A DNA stretch of 64,000 nt from Octopus bimaculoides (lineage: Eukaryota), in assembly GCF_001194135.2 (NCBI RefSeq), contig NC_068987.1, positions 94,958,449 through 95,022,448 on the forward strand, read 5' to 3'. Position 1 is the stretch's first letter, and the number at the start of each line of letters is the position of its first letter. Position numbers and translations under genes: made by a program. The notes beneath the pieces were generated by a model. That model made no database searches. It worked only from the letters and a program-made list of their open reading frames with translations, and was not told the origin of the DNA. Of this stretch, positions 51,373-64,000 are shown in pieces.

Positions 51373-51401
<29 letters not shown>

Positions 51402-51634
51402 TGACTGCTTACTATTAGAATACATTTGAACATGTTTTCAAAACAACGACAACCATAACCACTTCAGTTTTATCAGTAATTATTGTTATTGACTTTCAAC
51501 ATGATATCCAAAGTATGCAGATGTCCCCCATGGGAAGATGGCTTTACAACTAACATAACTGGGCAGCAATTTTCTCTCACGCGTTTTCGTTTCCGTCTTA
51601 TTGAGTTGTGACATTGAATTTGCCATCGTTGTTA

Positions 51635-51850
51635 CCGTAGTTATTGAACCCTAGGTCAGCTGTGATCCAGAATGCCTATGATATAAATGTGTTGTAATTA
51701 TGACTGTTATTTTGATTAAAATGTTTCTGGTTTTAAATTATCCATGGTGTATAATCCGTTTTATGAAGACGGTAGGGAGTGATTTGAGGGAGATTCCATT
51801 GCTATCTCTAACAGATCAAGTGACCACATAATGGTTCCGCCGCTGGCCTG
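51635..51850 (-). repeat. Diverged copy of unclassified repeat family D
   Basis: Reverse-complement similarity to 12720-12935 (GAGGGAGATT..GCTATCTCTAACAGATCAAGTGACCAC). Confidence 0.4.
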
Positions 51851-52039
51851 TTTATATGTGATCGATTCATTGCAGCTATTCTTCAAGTTTGAATCTTATC
51901 CAGGTGACTAGTTATGGTCTACTCCCCCCCTTTTCTCACACATCATATTTCTATAGCTTCAACAACATACTTCGGTGCACCCACACACATTTTCTGATTG
52001 GATAACCGAATGCATTAGTTATAATTAAAATTTGTAACA

Positions 52040-52264
52040 TTTCTTTCTTTCTTTCTTTCTTTCTTTGATTTTCTGTATTTTTCTTTCTACCATTTTCTTT
52101 TTTCTTTCTTTCATTTTCGTTTTCTTTTTTTTTTTTTGCATTATAACTTTAACACTTTATATTCACTTGCATCCTCTTTTTGTACCCTTTTTTCCCCCTT
52201 TTTCCTTTTATCTTTCTCTCTTTCGATTTCTTTCTTTCTTCACTGAATTTCTCTTCTCTCTGTT

Positions 52265-52312
<48 letters not shown>

Positions 52313-52598
52313 CTTTTGTTGCTGGTGTTTCTGTTGCGACTCCCACAGATGCCGCACTTATTGCATTTCTTGGTCTTTCTCACATTCTCTTCCTCCTCCT
52401 CCTCGTCTTCCTCCTCCTCCTCGTCTTCCTCCTCCTCCTCGTCTTCGTCGTCGTTATTTTTATTGTTGTTGCTTTTGGTGTTCTTTTAATATTAAAAGCC
52501 AAAGGGAGTTTACAGCAGCAACTTTTAATTACTTGCAAGAGCTGCAGAAGTTATTTGCGTCTTGGGAGATGGATGTAAGGAGAGAGAGAGAGAGAGAC

Positions 52599-52669
<71 letters not shown>

Positions 52670-52794
52670 GGCAGGCAGACAGACAGACAGAGAGAGACAG
52701 AGACAGACAAACAGAGACAGATATACACAGACAGACAGACATACACAGATAGACACGTCGGATGGGTGGTGGATAGGTAACGAAAACAAAAAAC

Positions 52795-52830
<36 letters not shown>

Positions 52831-52849
52831 AGAAAGAGAGAGAGAGAGA

Positions 52850-52885
<36 letters not shown>

Positions 52886-53019
52886 CGTGAGGAAAATAGG
52901 ACATTACTACGGAACGTGGGATGGAAGAGATATTGAAAGAATGAGAATACTCGAAGAAGTAAAAGGGACACAAGGAGAAAGACAGAGAAATAATAGTAGA
53001 GAGAGAGAGAAAGAGAGAA

Positions 53020-53052
<33 letters not shown>

Positions 53053-53200
53053 AAGAGAGAGAGAGATCAGAGGCGATGGGTGATATGTGTGTCTGCGTGT
53101 GTGCTTGCATACATACATACATATTGACATACATATATACATGCATAAACACACACACACACACACACACACATATATGTATATATAAACAAATATATAC
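52040..53200. repeat. Compound low-complexity block: (TTTC)n, (CT)n, (CCT)n with an 18-bp x3 unit, (GA)n, (GACA)n, (CA)n
   Basis: Direct observation; explains the stop-free 398-aa ORF. Confidence 0.9.
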
Positions 53201-53520
53201 TTATCCACATACATATTCAGGTGTGTTTCTCTCTGTATTCACGACGTATATACAGCGATAAAAGAATGTCCATGTGGGTACATTTGTGTGAGCGGGTATT
53301 TGTGTGAATAGGTAAACCATTGAACAAACGCGGACTAAGAACGTCACAGAGACAAAGGGAAAAGATGGCGGAAAATATATTAAATGCAGAAGGAGACAGA
53401 TATACATGAAAAGGGGAAAAGACAGATGAGTACTTGTGTGAGTCTGATTAGGTATATCTAGCTATGTGTATACATCTATCTATGCGTATACACACACATA
53501 TATGTGTTTACGTATGTATA

Positions 53521-53979
53521 TACTCTTTTACTCTTTTGCTCTTTTACTTGTTTCAGTCATTTGACTGTGGCCATGCTAGAGCACCGCCTTTAGTCGAGCA
53601 TATCGACCCCCGGATTTATTCTTTGGATGCCTAGTACTTATTCTATCGGTCTCTTTTGCCGAACCGCTATGTTACGGGGACGTAAACACACCACCATCGG
53701 TTGCCAAGCAATGTTGGGGGGACAAACACTGACACACAAACATATACACGCACATATATATACATATATATACACATATATGACAGGCTTCTTTCAGTTT
53801 CCGTCTACCAAATTCACTCACAAGGCTTTGGTCGGCCCGAGGCTATAGTAGAAGACACTTGCCCAAGGTGCTACGCNNNNNNNNNNGCTATAGTAGAAGA
53901 CACTTGCCCAAGGTGCTACGCAGTGGGACTGAACCCGGAACCATGTGGTTGGTAAGCAAGCTACTTACCACACAGCCAC
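53521..53979 (-). mobile_element. tRNA-derived SINE family B, full-length with tandem AGTAAAAG tail
   Basis: Reverse complement of the 34684-35073 copy, with complete tail GGCGGTGCTCTAGCATGGCCACAGTCAAATGACTGAAACAAGTAAAAGAG. Confidence 0.95.
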
Positions 53980-54054
53980 ATATATGTATAGGTGTTATAT
54001 ATATATATAATCTCTCTCTCTCTCTCCATATATAATTTATAGATATTCTTTTCT

Positions 54055-54245
54055 ACTCTAGGTACAAGGCCCGAAATTTTTGGGGAGTGGGCCAGTCGAT
54101 TAGATCGACTCCAGTACCCAACTGTTACTTAATTTATCGACCTCGAAAGGATGAAAGGCAAAGTCGAGCTCGATTGAATTTGAACAGAACATAAAGACAG
54201 ACGAAAGTATTTTGCCTGGCGTGCTAACGTTTCTGCCAGCTTCGC
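54055..54245 (-). mobile_element. SINE family A variant with a different 3' part
   Basis: Head GCTGGCAGAAACGTTAGCACGCCAGGC and core CGAAAGGATGAAAGGCAAAGTCGA; the 3' region differs from 44770-44994. Confidence 0.85.
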
Positions 54246-54508
54246 TTTATATAATTTATAGATATTATAGATATATATGTATATATGTATATCTACAGGT
54301 CGGGCCAGAAGTCACAAAGGACTTGAAATATCTAATAGCTCCTTTTATTTTTCGTATTAAATTTTCATTAGCATAATATCATATACAGTACATATAAAAA
54401 AATATATATTTACACTATGTACGAAAACGGCAACAAATGTTTTTAGATTCAGGAGCATTTTTAACACCACAAAACAAGTTGTCCTATATTCCTTTCTGCG
54501 TGGAGTAC

Positions 54509-54509
<1 letters not shown>

Positions 54510-54539
<30 letters not shown>

Positions 54540-54582
54540 CTTCTTCTTCTTCTTCTTCTTCTTCTTCTTCTTCTTCTTCTTC
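54510..54582. repeat. (TTC)n microsatellite
   Basis: Perfect TTC run. Confidence 0.95.
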
Positions 54583-54677
54583 ATACATATTTAGTTCGAA
54601 TTTGCAGAAGAAGGACGAAGACAGGTGAGGGAGCATCAAGCAGGTGTATTAGTATGATATTTGGCAAGAATGGAGAG

Positions 54678-54935
54678 GGTTTTGACGTTTCGAGCCTACG
54701 CTCTTCGACAGAAAGGATTGAGAGGGAAAAACTAGAGAGTGGGAAAAATGTATAGCGATTAATGTTTCGACATGATGAAATATATATATATAGTCAATTG
54801 AAATACATAAAAGTTTTCTTTTAATATGAACAAAAAAAGTAACGGACAACAAGAGCACGTTCAGAAGGAATGCATAATCTTGACGCTCGGTGGAAGAAGA
54901 GAGTTTGACGTTTCGAACATAGTTCTTCGTTGAAA
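54678..54935 (-). ncRNA. Two tandem minimal type I hammerhead-ribozyme-like motifs (variant cores)
   Basis: Minus strand reads CUGUCGA-A-GAGC guag GCUC-GAAAC-GUC and UCAACGA-A-GAAC uau GUUC-GAAAC-GUC. Both cores deviate from CUGANGA. Confidence 0.45.
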
Positions 54936-55275
54936 AGGAGAAAGGAAAAAGTTTAAAGATTGAAAAGAAATCACCAACATTACGTGTGCAGTTACAGTGC
55001 ATATGTATGTGTGTGTATATATATATGTGTGTGCGTGTGTGTGTGTATTTGTGTGTGTGCGTGAGTGCATATATGTATATCTACATATATATACGCGCAT
55101 ATATATTTATATATGTGCATATATATGCACATATGTTTATATATGTCTACACACTCTCACATTTATATAAACATACATGTATACGTATATACATACACAC
55201 GTATATATATACACATATATATATATATACATATACACATACATACATGCATGCATGCATACATACATACATACA

Positions 55276-55307
<32 letters not shown>

Positions 55308-55549
55308 CATACATACAAGTATCCTCTTCCATATACACATTCGGGAATTACCCAACAATACTTAACTGCAGAAAGTATTCAGCCTTTAAACACGAAAAAC
55401 AATGGAATTTCCGGTTGAGTCTCATTAAAAGGACAAATGCTTTGCGGAGACTTGATGGGTGGACAGCTTTTATTATCTCAGCTGATTCTCTCTAAACTTC
55501 ATGAATAAGTAAAGGTCATTCCGTCAGTGTGTATGCATGTAAGTTTATG

Positions 55550-55588
<39 letters not shown>

Positions 55589-55609
55589 NNNNNNNNNNNN
55601 NNNNNATAT

Positions 55610-55650
<41 letters not shown>

Positions 55651-56404
55651 CATGTATATATATATGTACGCATGTATTTATGTCTGCATTCAACATATAT
55701 ATATATATATTCTTAAAGAGATATATGCTTCCCTACGTACATGAACACACATATTAATTTCTATATGTTCTTGTATGTTTTCATGTATTCGTAAACACAC
55801 ATACGATACTGATATCTATATAAACATATATACACTTACTGTCATATACATGGCTATAGTTTAAATACTTCTTTGTGAAACCCAGTTAAAAGTATTTTAG
55901 AAAGGCACCACAATATAAGTTGGAAATAATTGTATAAGAGGACAAAAGAAAAAATAAGACAATAGAAAAATAAGACAAAAGAAAAAATATTAAATAAATA
56001 AAAATCTGTAAAATACAGAAAGTCTTAACCTTTTGCTTTATATTTCAATATGTCGTATTTAAAAGCATTTATCATGAGCTAACCACTTTCTAACACATAT
56101 TACAACATCATTAACCTTCAGTAGCTTCAAATAGAAGCTTTCTTTCGATTTGTCTATTCAGTTACTTTATTCTATAGGAATTTTGTAGAGCTGTTTGAAA
56201 CTTTTTCCATGAAAGTCGTAGAATTCGATTAAGTATTCCCCATTTTTTTTCAGTCTAATATCCATGCAATAATGAACACCTCAAGGTCCCTTTAATCTTA
56301 TGACCATTTATTATTGTTCCATAGAAAGTCGATGAAACTTTTGACGTCTTCATTGGTCAAATTGAGAATTGCAATGATTACTATTATTCGCCTGTTCCCA
56401 TTAG

Positions 56405-57370
56405 ACAGCCTTTTACTCTTAAACTAGTTTCAGCTGGATTCATCCAGTCAACCGCCTGCATTTTATTGCCGACTTAGTACCATGCATTTGAAAAGATAGT
56501 TCATTACTCACGTCAGTGCTCAGGTCGCGCACTGATTTTGATTCAGGGATTGCAGTCCCTGCTGGTGTAGTGTATCTTGTTTGCATTTCATTCACCTTTG
56601 TATGTTGGAATTTCCCAGCATTGAACTGCATGTTGTTGTCCTCCACCAACCTGTGTATTGTGTCTTATCATTGTTGCATGTGCCTAGCATCCCCAGACTT
56701 TTGTATCCTCTGAGATATTTGTGTATCGTCTGCATAGCTATCTGAACAGCTGAGTGCGTGTCTGAGAAGCCTGCTATGAGTAGCAATGGCCATAAGATAG
56801 TGTCCCATGGAACACCACTCACTCATTTGTATTTCCTCAGACGTAGCTCCACAGCCTGACTTTTCCGACTATGCCCAGATCACATGCAGCTGGTGACATA
56901 TCGTACTATAGTCGATTCTATCAAAGCTTTTACAAAGTCGAAATACATCACGCTCACATTTGATTTGTTAAGCAGCTGGTTTAACGCCAAGTTGTAGTGT
57001 TCCACGAGCTCTGTCAGACAGCTTCAACCTGGTCGAAGGCTGTTCTGTGTCAGTCAGCAAGTCCATCTCTTCAAGGAATGCGACTATTTACCTTCAGACT
57101 GTTCGTTTCATGACTTTGCTGATGTATGAGGTCAGAGAGACAAACCTATAATTTCGAGCATCTTCTCTGCTTCCTCCTTTATGAATAGGGCATATCATTT
57201 CCTCCTTCAATTTGCTTGAGAGCATACTTTTGCAAGGAAGCTTTGAAAAAGATACTGCAGAAGTTTTTCTAGTGCACATGCCCATGATTTGAGAAGGATT
57301 GCTAGGAGTCCATCTGGATCAGCATCTGAATTTGCGGCTACCTCATCTAATAAGTACCAGTCCTATTCTA
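56405..57370 (-). mobile_element. CR1-like LINE RT fragment, decayed
   Basis: ICPIHKGGSREDARNYRFVSLTSYISKVMKR, YFDFVKAFD, SGVPWDTILWPLL, DNNMQFNAGKFQ. Confidence 0.85.
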
Positions 57371-58725
57371 GTAATATGTAATTCAGGCCATAACCTAATG
57401 AAAACCGAACACCGAACGCACGCTGCAGATAAGACTGGCTTTTAAAAAAAATTATTGTTGCAAAACAATTTACAGCAGGTTTTATAGATAGGAAAAGAAC
57501 CAATCAGAATTAGCCATCATACACGCGCGCGCGCGCAATAGACTGAATGGCACATAACATGTAGTCGTAAGTTCAAGTTGTAACATCATCTATGGCCGGT
57601 TTTATATATTTTTTTTTATGTCGATATAAAATATAATCAGTTATTACTGTATCCTTGGTGATAGATGGAGTGGAAAAGAACTCCGTTGGTTTAAACTCTG
57701 TGTCCTAACTAGATGGGGAAAATGCCTTTGAACTGTTAGTTTAGTATTTCACTTAACCCCATTGGGTTTCCTGTGGGGAGCCATCTTTTTGGAAGAAGGA
57801 TAGTGTACTGAGACGTTTCTTTGGCAAAATTTAAGAAAGACTTATGGTCTGACTATATATATTTTATAACCCGGGCTTCTTTATCTGCTCTCTTTTTCAT
57901 GAGATTGTTGCAAACTTTTCACAATCTCCATCAGTGTTGTTTTCAGGCGGCACTTGTCACTACTTTTGAAATATTTGTTTTAGGCGATTTACAACCTTTG
58001 TCCGCCGTTTCGTAATAAATTTCCTCTCTCTGGGAATCTCGTTGTAGTGTATCTTGGCCTTGTTCTCTAGGAGAGATTTGTAACGTATGGTTTGCATTAC
58101 GGACATGAAATGTTTAAGTTTCATGTCGATTCAATGTGTGATTTGGAGAAACATCTAGGCCAATCCTGCTGGGGTTCTCTTTCTGAATCGATTTTTATTT
58201 TGCCCTATGAAAGTGCAGACAGGAGAGATTTCGGGTGTTACTTATAGGTTGTATGTTTGCAGATACTTTTGATCCACATTCAGAAAAAAAGGGGGGGAAA
58301 AAATCCCTCTCTCAGAATAGAACCGATGAACTGCTAGGAAAAGGTACAGATTTTATAATTTCTTCAGAGCAGCAACGTTACAAAATTGTAATTGCTTTAG
58401 ATATCACACTAAAGTTGAATAAAAGTACATATTCTACTGACAGAACGCTAACTGAAGATATACTATACATCAGTAAAACATCCGCAACCATTCGTCTTAA
58501 ATAAAAATACAAAAACATTATTTTAAAAGAATATCAAATTTATCCTCAGCCAACTCTGTTATATTTATTATCTGTAAACAATGACGCATTGAACAGAAAC
58601 AGTTTCAAAGGAAAGGAGATAGTGAAACATAGCTCACAAAATAGTTGAACTAAGAAAACAGAGGTGAACTGGTTTAACTTCTTATAACAACATTTATGTA
58701 AGAACCAGTAGAAATACAATTTTCT

Positions 58726-58771
<46 letters not shown>

Positions 58772-59879
58772 CCTTCAACCCGTCGGTCTTTAAATAAGAA
58801 AAATGTAACATATGCTTAGAAAATACCGAAGCTCAACAATTCCACCGCAACGAAACTGAGAAATGAAATTCATCATCTTTTTAAAATCTAGAAATTGTCA
58901 TCATAACACAAGTGGGGATTCCTAGCCTTCGTTGTTATACAATTGACAGTCCCAGTAAGTTATTGGTGTATGGAGCTCAGAAAAATTACCACTGATATCG
59001 AAAAGAACTTTAAAGTAAACAAGAAGATAAAGAAAAGCAATTCTATGCGAATATATCTCTGTCTCTCTGTAAGCATTTATAAATGTATATGAGCATATGC
59101 ATGTGTATATATGCAAACGCATGCACCTAACAACAACAGTAACAACGCACAACGCGCGCACGCACGCACAGACGCGCGCGCGCACGCACAGACGCGCACA
59201 CACACACACATACCCAACGCATATACATTCATTACTTTTACGAATCAACAGACTGCGTACGATGCTATTTGTTTTAATTCTCATGTTTTATGCCACACAA
59301 GCTGCTTCACCGGCAACACGTAGATCAGATTCATTGTAAATTTTCTATTACTTCATTCTTATTTCAAGAGCTGAAAGAACTAACAGAAAATATCAATGAT
59401 TAGTTTGGCGTTACTGGTAACAGATAACAGCAATTATGACTTATTGAATTCTTTGTGTGATTGTCGTTTGCAGTCAAAGTATATTTCGTTCTACAAAGCC
59501 AAAATGAAGCTGTTGACACTGTTGTAATAGGTATATTTTCTGAAACGAGTCTGTTGTGTTGGGAAGTATGTTAAGTTAATCATTTATCACTGCAGCATCA
59601 CATCACATTGGTGTATTTTAGAAATTATCTACCACATTGTTTTATTGAAGCATTATAAAGAAAGGAAAAGTTTAGCTATTGTTTTAAAGGAACCGTTAGA
59701 GACTCTTTTATTTAGTATTCATAACTTAGTAAATATTTTAAACATATTTCAAGACTATAGTCTAGTAGGATGTTGAAACACTTTTAATTTACACCGGCAA
59801 ATTTTTACACTGAAATCGAACAGGAGCATTTAGAAATTTGGTGTATTTCTTTAAGATGAATACATAATGTTAATTATTG

Positions 59880-60530
59880 AAAGTATAACAAGATGGTTGC
59901 CATTCTTTCAATCAAGAATTTCAAGACGATAACATTATTTTAGTCCGTAACAACCTTTCTGTCACTGATAATCTATCGATCTAAGAGTTTCTTTGAAGAT
60001 CAATTGAAGAGAAGATATTGTTTGTGAGGAATATATTCTACACCCAATATATCTGAAGAGACCTCAGTAAAGTTGAACAAACTTCAATACCATTAAACAC
60101 ATTCTTTATCTCTTAGAATTTCTCATTATTTTTCTTCAGTGTCCACTTGTAAAGTTTACGCTTAGCCAAATATATCGACTGTTTGCTCCCGTATATTCCT
60201 CTACTGTTGTCTGAAAACCTGCACAATCGTAGAAAAGGTAATATTGTTGCCTTAAATATTAAATCCGTCGAGCGTGTCTGGCATAAAAGAAAAAAAATTG
60301 CTAAATGTTTCACTTATGTTCTCTTCTGTCCTCCTTCCGTTTCGGATCGTATGCTCCCAATCAGACCACACTATTTCCTTATGAACCCTGAACTTCTCTT
60401 CAACTTTAATTCTTTCACCTCAAGAGCCTCTGGCACCAACCCTCTTTCTTACTACCTTAAAGATCTACTTACAGTAACTTCTAACAACCTATATACCTAT
60501 GCAATTCACACCACTTTCATGTAAACTACA
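59880..60530 (+). mobile_element. Possible highly decayed LINE RT fragment
   Basis: IVALNIKSVERVWHK resembles the VALDI.KAFDRVWH RT motif; otherwise poorly conserved. Confidence 0.35.
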
Positions 60531-61506
60531 GACAAGCTTAGTGTCATCTAATGACAACCTGCCTCTACCTCTCTCTCTTCTCTTCTCACGTGACCGTCGT
60601 TCGGCCAAGCCTGATTTTTCTTTCTTGGCCGGCCGTTGTCCGTGCAACATCGATATTCCTCCCTGTGCTTGTGAAATCTTGTATCCTCGCCGTAAGGCTT
60701 TATTACCACTCATGCCAGCTTAACTTAATTCGTCATTACGAATGACACCTGTTGTTATGTCCTGTTATTATTATTTTTGTTATATTTGTGTAACATTCTC
60801 CGTTTTTTCCACGACCTTGTTTTCATATACATTCGCTGCTTTCTTCCAAGGAATCTGATACTATTCGCTTAGTTTTTCCGTGGGGCTGGCCAGATTGGAG
60901 CAATCTCGAGTATAATCAGCTGAAATTGCGAAGATAATCTGGTACTCGACTGAAGAAAGAAAATTCCAAATGACCCGTCCTTGTTTTCTTTGCATCGTCT
61001 ATCTGAAGGTTTTTTTATCCCTTTTTTGTATCACCTAACTGTCTTGATGTTTTGAGTTCTTGTCCCGTTTTGTATTATATATATATATATANNNNNNNNN
61101 NNNNNNNNNNNNNNNNNNNNNNNNNNNNNNNNNNNNNNNNNNNNNNNNNNNNNNNNNNNNNNNNNNNNNNNNNNNNNNNNNNNNNNNNNNNNNNNNNNNN
61201 NNNNNNNNNNNNNNNNNNNNNNNNNNNNNNNNNNNNNNNNNNNNNNNNNNNNNNNNNNNNNNNNNNNNNNNNNNNNNNNNNNNNNNNNNNNNNNNNNNNN
61301 NNNNNNNNNNNNNNNNNNNNNNNNNNNNNNNNNNNNNNNNNNNNNNNNNNNNNNNNNNNNNNNNNNNNNNNNNNNNNNNNNNNNNNNNNNNNNNNNNNNN
61401 NNNNNNNNNNNNNNNNNNNNNNNNNNNNNNNNNNNNNNNNNNNNNNNNNNNNNNNNNNNNNNNNNNNNNNNNNNNNNNNNNNNNNNNNNNNNNNNNNNNN
61501 NNNNNN

Positions 61507-61809
61507 AAGGGATCAGCAAGCATTTGCTTCACCATATACCGAAGTTCAGAAATAGCAGCTAAAAAAACTGAGACTCCAACAGATAGCTATCTGTTGGAGT
61601 CTCAACTTTTTTAGCTGCTATTTCTGAACTTCGGTATATGGTGAAGCAAATGCTTGCTGATCCCTTAATTATGTTTATAAATGTATGGGAGCTTTTAAAT
61701 AAGTTCTCCACCGATAATGGTGCTTACATACCGAAGGGCTTGGTAAAAATTGTTAATTGTTGATTTATTAATAAATTAATAAATTGATAAATCTTTACCC
61801 TTTTAATTT
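61507..61809. mobile_element. Long-TIR foldback element with spacer-less 160-bp palindrome
   Basis: 61507-61586 and 61587-61666 are reverse complements with ~2 mismatches. The right arm continues as the same TIR seen at 14838-14990 and 15184-15253 and ends at a TA run. Confidence 0.88.
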
Positions 61810-62280
61810 ATATATATATATATGTGTATGTATGTATATAGGTATAAACATAAATGTATGTATGTATTTATGTATGTATATGTCATAATTAGTAATATAG
61901 TGGTTTATTACAGTGTATTATCCGGAAACGTTTTCCTCAGATTTCCTAAGCTCGCGCCTGGTTCTTCGATAATGGTCTTCTAGCAATGATATTTTATAAA
62001 TTTGTACTGGCATTTTAGGTTGATAAATTTGATTTCACTGTCTTAGTGACAGAGATGATTATATATTAACTGGGCGAATTTTTTTTTGTATCTTTGTCAA
62101 AAATTATATGTCGAACAATGGCCGACCAATATTGATTTTAATAAAATATGTTATGTAATAAATCATATATATACACACATGTACATATGTATATATGTGC
62201 ATGTATACACGCATACACATTCATATATATATATCTAAATATATATATATGTTTTTAAATGAATCAATAATCCAATTCGG

Positions 62281-62335
<55 letters not shown>

Positions 62336-63069
62336 NNNNNNNNNNNNNNNNNNNNNNNNNNNNNNNNNNNNNNNNNNNNNNNNNNNNNNNNNNNNNNNNN
62401 NNNNNNNNNNNNNNNNNNNNNNNNNNNNNNNNNNNNNNNNNNNNNNNNNNNNNNNNNNNNNNNNNNNNNNNNNNNNNNNNNNNNNNNNNNNNNNNNNNNN
62501 NNNNNNNNNNNNNNNNNNNNNNNNNNNNNNNNNNNNNNNNNNNNNNNNNNNNNNNNNNNNNNNNNNNNNNNNNNNNNNNNNNNNNNNNNNNNNNNNNNNN
62601 NNNNNNNNNNNNNNNNNNNNNNNNNNNNNNNNNNNNNNNNNNNNNNNNNNNNNNNNNNNNNNNNNNNNNNNNNNNNNNNNNNNNNNNNNNNNNNNNNNNN
62701 NNNNNNNNNNNNNNNNNNNNNNNNNNNNNNNNNNNNNNNNNNNNNNNNNNNNNNNNNNNNNNNNNNNNNNNNNNNNNNNNNNNNNNNNNNNNNNNNNNNN
62801 NNNNNNNNNNNNNNNNNNNNNNNNNNNNNNNNNNNNNNNNNNNNNNNNNNNNNNNNNNNNNNNNNNNNNNNNNNNNNNNNNNNNNNNNNNNNNNNNNNNN
62901 NNNNNNNNNNNNNNNNNNNNNNNNNNNNNNNNNNNNNNNNNNNNNNNNNNNNNNNNNNNNNNNNNNNNNNNNNNNNNNNNNNNNNNNNNNNNNNNNNNNN
63001 NNNNNNNNNNNNNNNNNNNNNNNNNNNNNNNNNNNNNNNNNNNNNNNNNNNNNNNNNNNNNCAAAACAG

Positions 63070-63244
63070 GCTATTTTGACGTCCCCATTGGCTCTATACT
63101 GTTGCCGAATTAAGCGAGTTGGTTGGATGATTCCGGATCTACAATGGCGTCCTCTTGTTTTGCTTACGGAGTAAATATACAGAATTAACGGCGTCTTAAT
63201 TTCAAGCATTTCCAGCGTCTTTGTAGCAGATATCCACAGTAAGT
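63070..63244 (+). promoter_or_regulatory. Candidate promoter and first exon
   Basis: TGACGTC (CRE-like), ATTGG (reverse CCAAT), AATGGCG (YY1-like), locally raised CpG, and a GTAAGT donor at 63239-63244. Confidence 0.3.
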
Positions 63245-63849
63245 GATTAATTATAATACTCAATAGATACAGCATGGGAGGGATACTTGAAGCAAATCTT
63301 AGAAACGTTGTTGGTGTCACCTTTTAAGTGAACGCAGAATTGGCTATCAAAAATGAAAAGAAAAAGAAAATGTCAGCACAGAATCGAACCACCTATGGAA
63401 CATTGTCAAACATGTTCCAAAAGCGTCAGTTGGTGGGTAAATGAATTGTCGTAGGATGAACACGCATACAACGGAGCTGTAGGTTGCTACAGTGGCGAAC
63501 GAAGATAATACAAGAAATAATAATGAAACCACTAACACCATTTATCAGCCACTTACATATCTGATACTCTATCTCCGAGTACACTGTATTAGTGTAAAAA
63601 TCAGTGATGCAAAACATTCTTTATCGAAAATTATTTCTCAAACGGCTACAAATTTCACAAGTTGTTCAATAGAAACACAATCAAGTTGAGGCCTGGAGTT
63701 AGACGTAAGATTGTTTCGAAAAACAAGAGACATGATGGAGATATACTTCAGCTAAACGAGAAGAGCTGTCATGCAATTGCCGACAAAGATGACATTGGAG
63801 ATGGTCAGGATGAGAGTAAGGTGGACATTGAAGTGAACAAGGAAAAGGA

Positions 63850-63940
63850 AGTTGATGAGAATGATAATGATGATATTGCTGAGAAGAATGATGATGATGA
63901 TGTTCATAATGATTGGGATGAGCAATACTAGTAATGACAG

Positions 63941-63974
<34 letters not shown>

Positions 63975-63975
63975 C
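63850..63975. repeat. (GAT)n low-complexity/microsatellite
   Basis: Degenerate then perfect GAT run. Confidence 0.85.
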
Positions 63976-64000
63976 ACGGCGATCGGTAGGACTTACAATA

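Noticed and set aside
52065-53261. 398-aa ORF, the longest in the track
   Set aside because: Made of microsatellite translations (LS, RE, TDRQ, TH runs) with no domain-like content.
53842-53921. 35-bp direct duplication inside a SINE
   Set aside because: Same 10-N gap artefact.
60940-60985. CTGAAGA followed by a possible hammerhead remnant
   Set aside because: GAAA is missing its G and stem II does not form; too degenerate to call.
62195-63320. Long ORFs of 266-361 aa (similar ones at 15.2, 33.4-34.1 and 61.0-61.6 kb)
   Set aside because: Open only because they cross N-gaps.
63662-63931. Acidic 89-aa ORF
   Set aside because: Explained by a degenerate (GAT)n tract; no supporting motifs.
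1-64000. CRISPR arrays, operons, rRNA or intact tRNA genes
   Set aside because: None seen. The tRNA-like A/B boxes belong to SINE heads, and the sequence is eukaryotic repeat-rich DNA.

Overview
This is eukaryotic, AT-rich, microsatellite-dense DNA from a draft assembly with nine N-gaps. The SINE, LINE and microsatellite make-up resembles a cephalopod (octopus-like) genome, which is an inference. No intact host protein-coding gene, rRNA, intact tRNA, CRISPR array or prokaryotic system can be supported. The window is mostly decayed mobile elements. These include a full-length defective mariner (DD34D) plus three other Tc1/mariner remnants, a Penelope-like element (RT + GIY-YIG), and a near full-length Tx1-clade LINE plus two fragments. 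There are also many Dong/R4-type restriction-endonuclease LINE fragments, three CR1-like LINE fragments, at least three tRNA-derived SINE families, a long-TIR foldback element and a palindromic MITE. The most interesting signals are hammerhead-ribozyme-like motifs (including a tandem pair with compensatory stem changes), the foldback family with a spacer-less 160-bp palindrome, a Dong/R4 nest abutting (TAA)n tails, and SINE 3' tails that resemble LINE 3' ends in the same window. A few isolated splice-site or promoter-like segments may belong to a host gene but are unconfirmed. All alignments and translations were done by eye, and element boundaries are approximate unless a TIR or TSD is given.
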